The notes under the pieces are model-generated. The model made no database searches, was not told the origin of the DNA, and saw nothing but the letters and a program-made list of their open reading frames with translations. A stretch of 63,873 nt of DNA, counting the filler, from Guillardia theta CCMP2712 (Eukaryota > Protista > Cryptophyta): the NCBI RefSeq assembly GCF_000315625.1. It is 5 parts of 5 records of this genome, joined end to end, with 100 filler letters (N's around TTAATTAATTAA, not from the genome) between each part and the next. Parts side by side here need not be neighbours in the genome. Positions count along the whole stretch, not along the records: positions 1 to 24,262 come from NW_005434519.1; positions 24,363 to 42,487 come from NW_005434669.1; 3 more parts are not named here. One strand, given 5' to 3'. Below are positions 22,312 through 33,850 of this stretch, one piece after another (within the stretch, counting starts at the first letter, position 1; each line of letters starts with the position of its first letter). The position numbers were made by a program, and so were the translations under genes.

Positions 22312-24180
22312 GCCGGGATTGTTACTTGTATGATCGAGGCATGCTCGGGGAGCGGGAAATCGCTGAGTGCTGTAGACTACTTCGTACGAAATCCAAAGAC
22401 ATCGCTTTATTGCTTGTTCGGATACATCCAGGAACAGGATTTATATCTGATTGTACGAGGCATCTCGCACATGATCAATGCAGCCATCGATCTTGATCTC
22501 CAGGCGTGTGATCGCAGGATCGATTACCTTGACCCAACAAAATGCGAGCAGGAAGTCTTGACGATCGACCTGCACGCGTACAGCTGGAACTTGCTTGGTG
22601 TTGTGGGATACCTGTTTGGCAAGACGACGGGCCCAGGAAAGGTGCGCGTGGAGGAAGCAAAGCTGTGGACAGAGAAGGAGCACCTGTGGGTGTTGGTCGA
22701 TGAAGCAATCCCGAGGTATCAAGGTATGCCCTGCCGCACTAATGCCTTATGGAGGCTGTTGTTCCTCAAGAGGATGCTTCGTAATGCAGGCTTTCATTGC
22801 ATCATGCTGGGTACCAACACTCTGGTGATGAATTTCAACAATGCTTTACAGCAGACGAGAAATAGCCGAGGCAAGAACCAAGAGACTATCAAGTGCATCA
22901 CCCATCGAGCTCTTCCTCCGATGATCCTTCAGTCTGATGAGCAGCGCGATATCCTGAAGCAGGTGTTTGGGGAAGAGATGATTGAGGGGTTGCTCGACAA
23001 TGTCAACCCCATGCTCTGCCACCTATTCTTCAAGTATTGGAGAGGTGGACAAGGGAAAGATAGCGCGACCTTGTTTCGAGATCTAGCAAATCCACTGTTG
23101 GCCATAGTACGAAGTGACAAGAAAAGCCTCAAGGACTCATCGTTGTACTGTATGTTTCAGATAGCAACGCACGAAAGCATGTGCCAGGCGCACATCTTGC
23201 AAGGCTTTGGTGTCCTCAATGCTTGGCCGATGAGCCAAGTCCCTGCACGCGGCAGCTCGGAGTCAATCGTTGAGCTTAAACGGACCGACAATCAGATTGA
23301 GATGAATGGGATCGAACTCAACGACTTAACTAGCAAGTTCCCGCCAAGCTGGGTAGACCCCATCACCGTCGCGATCTGTGCTGGCGGGGGGAGACCTTTC
23401 GGGAACAACTCGAGCCTTGAGGTGTTGAGGAGGATCCACCGAGACGCTCTCAAGCCCATGGATGATCCAACAGCAGTAGATGCGCTGCGCCGAGACGGGA
23501 ACCTGCTGGAGTCGTTTGGAGGAGTCGTGGTGATGTTGACGAGCTGGGCCGATCCTGAGGACATTCTTTCAACCCTCAGCCATCATTGCGGAAGGGAAGT
23601 GAGAGGCAAAGTGAAGGAGGTGCTTGGTTGCGTGAAGGATGAAGCATCAGCACGGGAGTTCCGCAAAGTCTTGACTCAGTGCTTCTGTAATCTGATCCCC
23701 TTGCGGGACAGTGACGATGAGATGCCTAACCATAAAGCTTTCGGGTACTACATTCGATGCAAGGACAAGCGGAGACGGGACGGAGAGTTTGTGGGCCCCG
23801 TCCACAGTCCTGATGGCCAAAGCAGCATGAGGGGAGCAGCGGAGTTTAAGAACCGGAGAAAGCCTCTTGGTCAATCGCAGCTCACGAAGTTTGTGAAGAA
23901 ACTAGCCAACGACAATCACAACCTCCTGTTGTTCATGGCTCCGGCGCTAGGAGAGTTCAAGGCTGAGAACATCCTACCGACAGATGGAGATGCCACGTGG
24001 TTGGTTATGCATTGGTCGATGGACACAACGAAATACTCAGGATGGCACACTGAGGTGTTAGGCGGAAAGGCGAAGTGCAAAAGTCATAGGATACTGATCC
24101 TTATGGAGATCGGGCTGTCAACGAAACCTTTTAGTGAACCATCGATGCAGCAAGACGAGATGGATGACGAGGACCCGTGA
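22294..24180 (+). CDS. Headerless CR-like NTPase-nuclease, copy 5 (628 aa ORF)
   Basis: Same 5' breakpoint as copy 4 (cccgtgaagccgggattgtt). Confidence 0.6.
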   Translation: MTRTREAGIVTCMIEACSGSGKSLSAVDYFVRNPKTSLYCLFGYIQEQDLYLIVRGISHMINAAIDLDLQACDRRIDYLDPTKCEQEVLTIDLHAYSWNLLGVVGYLFGKTTGPGKVRVEEAKLWTEKEHLWVLVDEAIPRYQGMPCRTNALWRLLFLKRMLRNAGFHCIMLGTNTLVMNFNNALQQTRNSRGKNQETIKCITHRALPPMILQSDEQRDILKQVFGEEMIEGLLDNVNPMLCHLFFKYWRGGQGKDSATLFRDLANPLLAIVRSDKKSLKDSSLYCMFQIATHESMCQAHILQGFGVLNAWPMSQVPARGSSESIVELKRTDNQIEMNGIELNDLTSKFPPSWVDPITVAICAGGGRPFGNNSSLEVLRRIHRDALKPMDDPTAVDALRRDGNLLESFGGVVVMLTSWADPEDILSTLSHHCGREVRGKVKEVLGCVKDEASAREFRKVLTQCFCNLIPLRDSDDEMPNHKAFGYYIRCKDKRRRDGEFVGPVHSPDGQSSMRGAAEFKNRRKPLGQSQLTKFVKKLANDNHNLLLFMAPALGEFKAENILPTDGDATWLVMHWSMDTTKYSGWHTEVLGGKAKCKSHRILILMEIGLSTKPFSEPSMQQDEMDDEDP

Positions 24181-24242
24181 AGATGGATGACGAGGACCCG
24201 TGAAGATGGATGCCGAGGACCCATGAAGATGGATGACGAGGA
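24159..24242 (+). repeat. 23-bp tandem array x3 plus a partial unit, next to the contig end
   Basis: Three units and a partial unit, then about 20 bp before the gap. Confidence 0.9.
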
Positions 24243-24262
24243 GCGACGATCTATCGAGGAGG

Positions 24263-24362
24263 NNNNNNNNNNNNNNNNNNNNNNNNNNNNNNNNNNNNNN
24301 NNNNNNTTAATTAATTAANNNNNNNNNNNNNNNNNNNNNNNNNNNNNNNNNNNNNNNNNNNN
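24263..24362. other. Assembly gap linker (44N-TTAATTAATTAA-44N)
   Basis: Identical 100-bp construct occurs four times; the 12-mer has stops in all six frames. Confidence 0.98.
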
Positions 24363-27300
24363 GCGAGTACTTGCCTTGTACCTCCACCTGACCCTCTGCC
24401 AAGTAATCCCCCCAGGTTCCCGAAGAATTTTCACCTACATGGCAGACACCAAAAAGTATTTTCCAAGCTCCCTCTATCGGACGCGGGCCAAGTAGGAACC
24501 TAAGGTTATAACATGGGGCGATCTTCATAACCAGATAGAATGGCGGGGGGGTGGGTGGCAGAGGGTTGGGGAGAATCAGAGGTAGAGGAGGAAACAGTTG
24601 GCCCAGCACGCACACTGGGGGGGGGGGGGGGGGAATGGCAGAGGGAGCAGATGGGGATGGGGAGAGGGAGAGGGAGAGGGAGAGGGAGAGGGAGAGGGAG
24701 GAAGGAAAAGAGATCGAAGCGGGCGGATGAGCGAGGAGCACGGAGTTGAGGGACTGGACAAAGGGAGCAGGGAGAAGGAAGGGGCAAGAGGAAAGGAGGG
24801 AGAAGGGAGGATGGGAGGATGGGAGGATGGGAGGAGGATTTACCGAGTTGTTGGCTCCAGGAAATGGGGATATTCCGTTTCTGAGCACACAGGAGCACGA
24901 ACCTTTTCTTCCCCACTGTCACCCCGTCACAAGACAACAAATTAGAGGAAGGAGGGAACGGATTTGTTGATGAAAGTTTCTGGGAAGGGAAAGAAGAACA
25001 ACGGAGAGGGGAAGGCAAAGGGCGATTGAGAGAGGAAGGGCAAGGTAGGTTGAAGGAGGACAAAGTTGTTCGAGAGGTAGGGAAAGGGGAGGGAGGGGGG
25101 AGGAGGAGGAGGAGGAGAGGGGGAGAGGAGACGAAGCAGCAGAAATGGGAGGGGGGAGACGCTCTACCTCAAAGATTGACTCCCATGCCGGCACAGCAGG
25201 AGTGGAGGTGAGGAAGATGAGGTTGGAAGCGACGGAGAGGGGGTACCCCACGAACTTGAAATTCATCCTGATGGAGGACAGCTGGACGAAGCGCGCTAGT
25301 AGGCCTTCAACCTGCAGGAGGGAGGAGGAGAGCTCAGCGGCAGCGGCGATTCTTGCTCGTCCTCTCACCGTCGTCATCCCGTCGTAGACTTGGAAGGATG
25401 GCACGAACTGAGTCCCAGCTGCGACCTGGAAGCAACGTCGTCAGCGAGTGCTGCCAAGAGCTTGAAAGGTGCTTGTCCAGCTGGGGTAGAGCAGCAGAGG
25501 GGTCACCGTCGAGCTCTTCAAGGTGCGGTAGAACGTTCGGTTGTCAAAGTTCTCGCTCGGGCAGGCACACTCGGGCTTGACGTACGACGGCACCTTGTAG
25601 TAGACCGTTCCCCTGCCCCCGCCAAGTCACCCTCCACGCGGAAGTTTTGACTTTTTCTTCTCACCCGAGGTTGCTCGTCGCCTCAGTGCAAGTGCTGATA
25701 GCCAAGTTGCAGTAGGTGAAGACCTGCTCAACGAAACACCCAAGAGTCACCACGAGCTCTAGAGTTCTCGAGCACAGCGGCAGCCCACCACTTGGTTGGT
25801 GGGCTGGTAGTAGGAGATGGCGACACAGCTCGGGTTGGCAAGGCACGCCTGTCGGGGCACGACGCTGTCAAAACAACCCCAGCTCCTTCTCCAGCTGAGC
25901 TACTCACCGCCTTGCAACTCTCGAAGTCTGAGATGCTCGGGTAGTTCTGTGCGTTCGTGCAGATCTTGTTCGGCACCGTCCGCCAGGGATACACAGTGCA
26001 TGTCTGCAGACACGAGTTAATTCCTTCTTTCCTCCCTCCTCCTGCTCCTGCTCCTGCTCTCCACTCCCCGCTCCCTGCTCCCTGCTGCTTGTTCCTGCTC
26101 CTGGTCCCTCTCCCCCTCACTCCTAAACCGCCTCCTTTCTTCGCTTGCTCCTGCTGTATCGTATTCTCTTCCGCAAGTCTACTTGTTCTCTTCCTTCATA
26201 CCGGATCTCGCTGTTGGAACGCTGCGTCCCCGCACAGGTTCCCTCCTGGCCCCTCGAGCCATCCAACAAGGCAGTCAGAGCAGCGCGCATGTTCCAACGC
26301 CCGTCCTGCCATCTCTTTCTCAGCCTCGCCTGTCATGGCCTGTGTACCTCACCAGATGCGTCGAGAAGGACGAGGGTGAACCTGGGCAGCTCGACAGTGG
26401 GGTCGAGGGTGGCAGTGACACTAGTGTAGTAGGAGGGAGGACGGTAGGAGGAGGAAGGGACTGAAGTCCAGGAGGAGATGGAGACGCTTGCTGGAAGGAT
26501 GCTGAATGTTTCCGTGTTGACCTGGAGGAGGACAATGATGAGGTGATGAGAAGAAGAGCAGTGGAAGGGAGGAGGACGCAGCAGCAGAAGGACGAGGAGG
26601 AGGAGAAGCAGGAGAAGCAGGAGGAACAGCAAGGCATGAAGGAGGAGGAAGGGAAGATCAAGCACACAAACCGGAAGGGTTAGTTGTGTCCCCTTGATCC
26701 CGAACTGGAGCTGGAAGTAAATGCCAGCTTGCCGTCTCACCTGCGGTCAGTACCGTCATTTCCTAGCTCATAGTCTCTTGAACTTGGTTGATTTTTCCCT
26801 CCCTCCCTGTCCTCCCTCCCCTTCCCTCCCTCTCTTCGCTTCCCCCCGCCTGACCATCTCTCTGTCTCTCGCATTACCAGGATAGAGGAAGCATTCTCGA
26901 ACGCAGCTTCTCCTGCATCTGCCAGCACGGAGACCGTCTGGTTCTCGAAGGTCCCTCCCACCTCCAGCTGCGCTCTCAGCAGCACATCGCCTGCATGCTG
27001 GACTTGAGCGAACGAGGAGCTCGGCCCAGCAGCATAGAGGAGGGAGGGCTCCACCCGGAACCCGTCACTCTCCTTCACCATCGTCAACTCCTCCCCGTCC
27101 TCATCCAACATGGTCACACGGAGGGCTGGGACGCCTGCTGCCCCCCTGCACCTCACGTCCTCCTGCTCCAGCAGCCCAGCCCTGCACTCCCTCGCATGCT
27201 CGCTCGCCCACCCCCCTACCGTCAGCCCCTTGCCCCCCACCCAGTCGCTCAGCCTCAGCGCCTTGGGGACCACGATGAAGTCGTAGGATTGCTGCTCCGT

Positions 27301-30300
27301 CAGGCTGTCCCGCAGCCAGCGGAAGAGTATCGCGTACCTCCCGCTGCTCTTCCTTACCATCAAGTTCGAGAACTTAGCGACTCCCCCAACGAGCATGGCA
27401 GACTGTCCAGCGAGAAGAGAGCTGACGTTCACCCACTCAGAGCAGCTCGAAGAGCAGCTGGAGTCATCAGCGGACAGCTGCCCGCAAGGGCTCATGCAGC
27501 GGAGGAGGGAGGCGGCGACGAGCGTTTGGTCGAAGTTGTTGAGCACGTTCCCCCTGCCGTCCACAAGGCTCACCAGCACGTTTGGCAGAACCTGACCCGT
27601 CAGGTGAGCTGGGAACGAGCTGGGCTGGACACTGAAGTACGCGTGAACCTCGATGATGACCAGTTGGCCAGTAGCTGAGACTTTCCCCTGCGCATCCCTC
27701 CAGCAGACCTGGTACGAGTATGACCCCATGCTCATCAGGATCTTGCTCAGGTCCACCGACCCCTGAGCGTTGAGCGCGAACAGGAAGCCCGTTGAGCTGG
27801 ACGTCTGCACGGAAGGGTTGTCCCTCACTGACCCGCAGTCTCCCGTGGAGGAGATGAGGGAGATCGACTCAGCTGGGGTTATGCTAGAGGTTGAGCCTGG
27901 GTACCTGAGGTACCTGAAGGTCAGCCCGGGTATTCTGGGCACAACGTTGCTGCTCCAAGTCTCCTTCACCACCCCGTTGATGTCAAACTTGACGCAAGAA
28001 CTTTGCGCCACCAGGTTCAGGTTCAACTCCTCGTACTGCCCAGCAGGACCAGAGCTGGAGAAGCATACAGAGTACTGCCGGTCGTAGCGGAGGGGCCCCA
28101 CAACAGGCTCGAAGACCTGGTCGAGGATAGTGTAGTTCACCATGCCGAGCTGCTCGTCTCCTGTCACAGGAGTTGTTGGCAGGAGGCACCACACGTAGAC
28201 CTCGGAGACGGTTATGCACTGCCGTCCCAGCCTCAGGATCTCCTCTGCCCGGTTGGCCGCGCAGGCGCAGACCCCGCCCGGGAGCTCGCAGGGGTTGTTG
28301 ACGGCAGTGATGACGAAGCTCATGGAGGAATTGTAGAGAAGGTTTCTGAGCTTGAACACGACCTCGTTCGAGGGGATGCTGTAAGGAATTGCGACCTGTT
28401 TCCACATGAGGATGTGGTTGACGATGAAAGAATGGATCCCTTGCCCCACTGGGTCCAACACCTCCACGCTCACACCCGACCGGTAGACCTGGGTGCTCCC
28501 TGCTGGGATGAAACAGACCTGGTACACTCCCCCGATCTGTGCTCCCCCGTCCCCGAACTGAGCCTTCCATGTCTCAGCGTCCAGGGTCTCGTTGTAAGTC
28601 CCGTTGACTTGGTACACCACGTTGAGCGTCTTCAGCAGACAGGGAGGGGAAGTGCAAGAGGGGGCAAACAGAATCTTTCCGATGAAAGGGGAGGAGAGTG
28701 AGCCGTTGGGCAGGTTCCCTCGCACGTAGATTGTGTTCCCCGGCCATCGATCGACCCTCGCATGCAGACCGTCCCCCTGATCCTGACTCCCTGCCCACAT
28801 GCCGAAGATTTGATCTTGAATCCTCCAGGACAAGCCAGAGGAGAGGGGGAGCACAGAGGAGGAGGAGAGGATGCAGACCTGGTAGATCCCAGTGGGGTAG
28901 GAGGCAAGCACAGCGATGTCTGCCACGGTCGCGTCGAGGGAAGAGATGGGCAGGGTTGAACCCTTGAAGCTCCCGACGCTCTCGGCATGCATGCCGCAGT
29001 CGTAGTCAGGAGAGGAGAGGAAGATAGAGGAGATCTTGAGGGGCTGTGGAAGGACAACGGCAGTTGTTCCGTCCCGCTGAGGCGAGACTACTACTCCCCT
29101 GCTGTCTCTCCCAGGATACATGAGCAACCCGTTGACCGTGAAGCCTTGCAGGAGCGACTGGATCCTCAATGACACTCCCGTTCCTTGGACCTGAACTCCG
29201 TCTGAGGAGAAGCAGACATGGTAGAGGCCGTCAGCGAGCTTCGAGATGGCCTGATCGAGGTCGGAGCTGTTGCTCTGGAAGTGGTTGGCCACGTGGAAAT
29301 CGAACTGCTCGATGTAGACCCGACTCGACGTGTTGGGGGCAGACGAGCAGTCTGGGGATGGGGTGTTGACAAGCATGATCCAGTTGTCCAGCGTCGCGTT
29401 CTGGACGTCGTACTCCAGCACGCTCCCAGGAACACTCGGCAAGGCGACGCGGATGCCGTTAGCCGGCCTCAGGCCGTTGACTTGAATACCCAAGAACTCC
29501 TGCTGGACGACTACTAGCAACCCTGTCGAGGTCCAGCTGGGAAAGAGCAAGCCCCCGGCAGGTGGCCGCTGGCTCCAAGCCAGGCAGACCTGGTAGGTTC
29601 CTGGAAGAAGATGTCAAATACATTTCTCAGCTCGCAAGTCGAGCGTTGAAGCACCTGGTGCGACGTCGGCGATGACGATCGTGTTGACGCTTCCGTTGAC
29701 ATCCAACTTCATCATCGGGGACGACAGTCTGCCGCCATGCTCGAACGAGGCCGCAACACAGTCAGAGCTGTCGGGAGCAAGGAAGAGCCCGTCCTCGCCC
29801 GTGGCGTTCAGCCTGAAACTGAGGGACTGTGAGACGAGAACAAACAAGTTGCCGCTGACTCGAGGGAAGTAAATCTTGTAAGTCCCTTCCTCATGCAGGT
29901 AATTTCCCGACACGCCCGAGAGAAACGACTGCACGTGCAGCCCGACGCCGGTAGAGAAGGAAGCAACTGACTGGCCGTCCGACCCGAGTATAGCAAGACA
30001 CGCCTGGTAGGAGCCAGCCGGCAGCCTTGAAATCTGATTCCCAGCAGAGCCGACGATGGAGAATCTTGTTCCGCCGCTGGTTGAGTTCTTCCGCTGCAGG
30101 ACAAGTTGGCCGGTAGAGATGAGGCTACTGGAGTTCTGAAAGCTCAGGGAGTTCCACCTTGAGTCGAGGCAGAGCAGGTGACTGGGGATGAAGGAGAGAT
30201 GGAGAGAGAACTCTTGGCCGCTAACGTACACGAGGCCGTTCGCAGCAAGGAAGCTGCTGGAGACGACTACAGTCATGCTGACGTCATCCCTTTTCGGGAT

Positions 30301-32733
30301 AGTGACCCTGAGACCGTCGCCCATCGCCGTCGAGTATGACTCGAGAGCTACGAGCGTCTCTCGAAAAGTAGCAGAGATGCCAGTCGTTGTGAACGTCTGC
30401 GACCCGGGCGCCTTGTAGCAAACCTGGTATACCGTGCTCATGTTCAATGTGCACAGTTGCCCCCACTTGACGATTCCCGGGAGCATGTCCGAGGTCAGAG
30501 GCCCGGCCCGTACCGCCGAGCAGCCCTGGACGTTGGTCTCCTCCGAGCATCGGGAGGTCGGCTGGGTAAAGAGGATACTCTCTCCGACTATCCTCGCCTC
30601 CGCCCCGAAGGTCTCAAAGATCGACGACCCTGAGAGAGGGATTACAGGACGGAGGCCGTTGACGCTTTTGACGCCGTTGATCGCGAGCCCGAGGATGTCT
30701 TGCTGTATGACAACGAAGATTCCTGTCGGCAGCCATGTGCTTGCTGGGTACGAGGGCTTGCCCAGGTCCTTGGAGAAGCAGAGTTGATAAGAACCAGCCG
30801 GCAAGTCAACCACGTGATCGATGCTCGGGTTTGAGAACAGTGTGGCGTCATAGTCCTTGGCGACGAGGACGCTCCCGTCGTTTCCTTCGGCGAACGACAT
30901 GATGCGCGACGAAGGGAGGCTGGCAGCGGCGCGACAATCTGCGGTGATGGGGAGGAAAGAGAAGTAGCCTGAGATGGGGACGACGAAGTCGAAGGCGTTC
31001 GTCTTGGAGAAAATGTTATAGACGACGTTGGCAGACAGCAATGTGTCGAAGAGAGCTATTTCGTCAAGCTCTCCCCCGTAGTAGTTGTAGATTTCGCTGG
31101 GAGACGGAGAGAAGGCTCCTATGGTGGCGGGCGCGATGTAGAGAGGAGACGAGAGCAAGTTGCTGTTGGGCTTGAAGAAAAGTTGAGAGACCTGCATACC
31201 ATCGACATACAGATTTGCTAATCCAGAGACAGCATCTGACATGTCGATCACAATGGCGATGTGATACCATACTGACTGCGAGAAGGGATATGAAAACTTG
31301 GCCACGTCGCCAAGAGTAAAGTTGTTCACTGTCGCCGTGATCTCCAGCTGTAAATAGCGAGGGAGATTGTCCGTTTGACCCTGCTCTGGTCGATAGCTGA
31401 TGCAGACCAGACCTGGATTGTAACTTCTCAAGGCCTTATCGCTCGAGCACCAGATCGTCTGCTCTAGCCAGATGTCGTTGTTCGGCTTCATGAAGAATGA
31501 GATTGACATCTTTCGCTCTTTGGCAGAGATATTGTAATCCACTACTCCATACTGCGTGCTTCCATCTAACTGCAGGTATTGCTGTGTCCCCAGGCCGATC
31601 GGGCTCGTCTTTGTGTATGCAAAATCAAGGTTGTCCCCTTTCAGCTTCCCGCTGTATTGCGTCGCTAGGGATGAATCGCACTTCTGCCCGCACTTGGTGT
31701 CTGCAAGCTCCGATTGGATGGTGTCTTCGAACGAGTACTGCGCGACCAGTCCACTGATTGCCCTCACAGTCTGTTGGAACCCCTTGGAGGGAACATCACG
31801 CGACAAAGTCATGGTACTCCCCCGGGACTTCGGTAGCGTCAGGTTAGTTCCAGCATTGGGAGTGATGCTGTTGACAGTGACCGAAACGACGTCCTGCTGA
31901 ATGAACAAAGAAGTCCCCGTCTTGATGAAGGCAGACGCTGCATCCCTGTAGCAGATCTGATAGAAGCCGGCAGCCATAGTAATCAAACTTCCCTGGTTCT
32001 GAAAGTTTCCCCCTGTGAACTTCACAGCCGTGTAATTGTTTCCAGCATTCGTCAAATCTGTCGGGCAGGAGATATTCGGCATGACGAACGCCAAGACGTC
32101 TCCTTCACTCGGAGGTATCTCAGCATATCGGAGGTAATCCAGATTGAAAGGGTGCAAGGCGTTCTTCGGAAGGGCCGATCGTGTTCCATTAGCTGTTCTT
32201 ATCCCACCAACCTCCAAATATTGAAAGGTTTTCTGTACATTGATACTGATCCCTGTGTTTGACCATACTCCATCCTTGAGAAAACATACATCATATAACC
32301 CGACGCCCATCGACCTGATCGCTCTTGCCGAGTCCTCCGCTTGTACTGCTGTGAGCGCTGTAGCATAATCCGACACAATAGGGCGCATGTGTCCAGATGA
32401 CCGGCTAGTAGAGTTCTCCGTGTTCAATGTCAAGTTTGCGCAGGAGACGTAGGAAGCGCTGTCCGACCGAACCATGGAAATTCGATGTAAGCTATTGGCG
32501 GCGATTTCGAAGTTGTATTGTACAAGAGAGTCTTCCATTCCGAGCGGTAGAGCACCAGGATTGCTGGTTCTACATTGTGCATATACATAGTTGATAGCAA
32601 CATAGTATCTTGTATTGCATGTCACCGCTTGACCCCACGACGGGAGGGGGAGAAGGAGGAGGAGGAGGAGGAGGATTGAAGTCTGCGACATCGTACCCCT
32701 TCCGAAGGCTCGTCCCCACGAGCCTCTTAACAT
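24363..32733 (-). CDS. Very large secreted/surface protein with a LamG/concanavalin-like domain and repeated G-x-Y-x-V-C beta domains; multi-exon, 3' end lost in the gap
   Basis: Signal-peptide-like [20 protein letters not shown]. LamG-like YLQLDGSTQYG...SISFFMKP...WYHIAIVID...LYVDG...GELDEIALFD. Intron 29601-29654 joins the 1041-aa and 937-aa ORFs. Further coding-like exons lie between GA-rich introns down to 24363. Confidence 0.75.
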
Positions 32734-33595
32734 CCTCAACGCTATAGGATCAGAAGCATGTCAAGAGTCGTTCCCGCTACCTCCTCCCCTGCCTCCCCTG
32801 CCTTTTCCTTTCCCCTCCCTCGCCATCCATGGCGTCGATAATACTTTCCGGTCGAAGGGTCATTGACTACCAAGCCTGCCTCACTGTCATTACCCGACTG
32901 AGTGTTGCTGAGAGATCCCGGAGTCCGATCCGGCCGCAACCGTTGGCAACGAAAGTTAGCGCCCATGATCCACGGTCACTCGGGCCGGCCTGACTCTGAG
33001 CGGCGTGGCACTGGTGACGGCGACCGTCCGGGTCGGTCCCAGCGATGGGCCGGCCCGGCACCGTCACCCTCACACGGTCGGACTCCTCAACTCCAAAGAC
33101 CGTACTACTCAGTCAGCGGCCCGGGACTCAGTGACGCAGTGACACGAGTCACGCAGTGACGCTGGTGACCGCCGGCGCCGGCGCCAGGAAGGATCACTGA
33201 GTCATCAGACACTGCAGCAGTCAGTCTTCGTCACTGCCGCAAAACTTCAATGATGCGCGGCCGCAGTGACTCTACTCCGAGTCACCGTGATGGCAGTCAG
33301 TACGGCATTCAAGCCTACGACTCGTTGTCCGATCCGAGGCGACCGCTTGGCACGCCGAGTTCAAGCATCGTGTGGCTTGCACTGTCATGATCAGAGTTTT
33401 TCTTGCTCGGCCCTCACCCCGTCAACTTCGGGGGCATAAAGTGACCCAGCAGGACTTGCCAATTTTGGCACCGAGCAGCTATTGTGATGGAGGATGATTT
33501 ACCCACGGTATAGAATGCATGCAATCACGAAATCAAGAAATGTCAAGAAATGTACATTTTGTTTCGACGATTCTTCGACATCAACAATCTATTTC

Positions 33596-33850
33596 TCAAA
33601 ATCGCTGTAGGCATGGCGCACGTGTTCCATCAACGCTTCCTCCTGCGTCAGCCTGAAGTCTCTGGATGTAAGCAATCGAGTGCAAGAGAGCTTCGATCCT
33701 CTTTCGCTTGAGAGATGACAATCTACCGTGCTTGGCTTCTATTTGTGCCACTTGTGTGGCGATTGGAACTTGGGTGCCTTGCATCGCTCTCTCTGCCTCC
33801 TTGTCAGCCACCTGCTCACGTGAGGCTCGAAAGTCGCTCGGCGATTCCAT
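33596..33850 (-). CDS. Small hypothetical ORF with a segment resembling bHLH helix 2
   Basis: KRIEALLHSIAYIQRLQ resembles the K-x-E-x-L-x-x-AI-x-YI-x-x-LQ pattern. No clear basic region. Confidence 0.25.
   Translation of the reverse strand: MESPSDFRASREQVADKEAERAMQGTQVPIATQVAQIEAKHGRLSSLKRKRIEALLHSIAYIQRLQADAGGSVDGTRAPCLQRF

Noticed and set aside
1408-24242. Autonomous non-LTR retrotransposon (ORF1/ORF2, 3' repeat tail, 5'-truncated copies)
   Set aside because: No reverse transcriptase motifs; full copies retain an intron; both truncated copies share one breakpoint, which fits DNA-level duplication.
24307-24318. TTAATTAATTAA palindrome (also at the other three gaps) as a biological site or piggyBac TTAA target
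   Set aside because: It is centred in identical N runs and is an artificial six-frame-stop contig linker.
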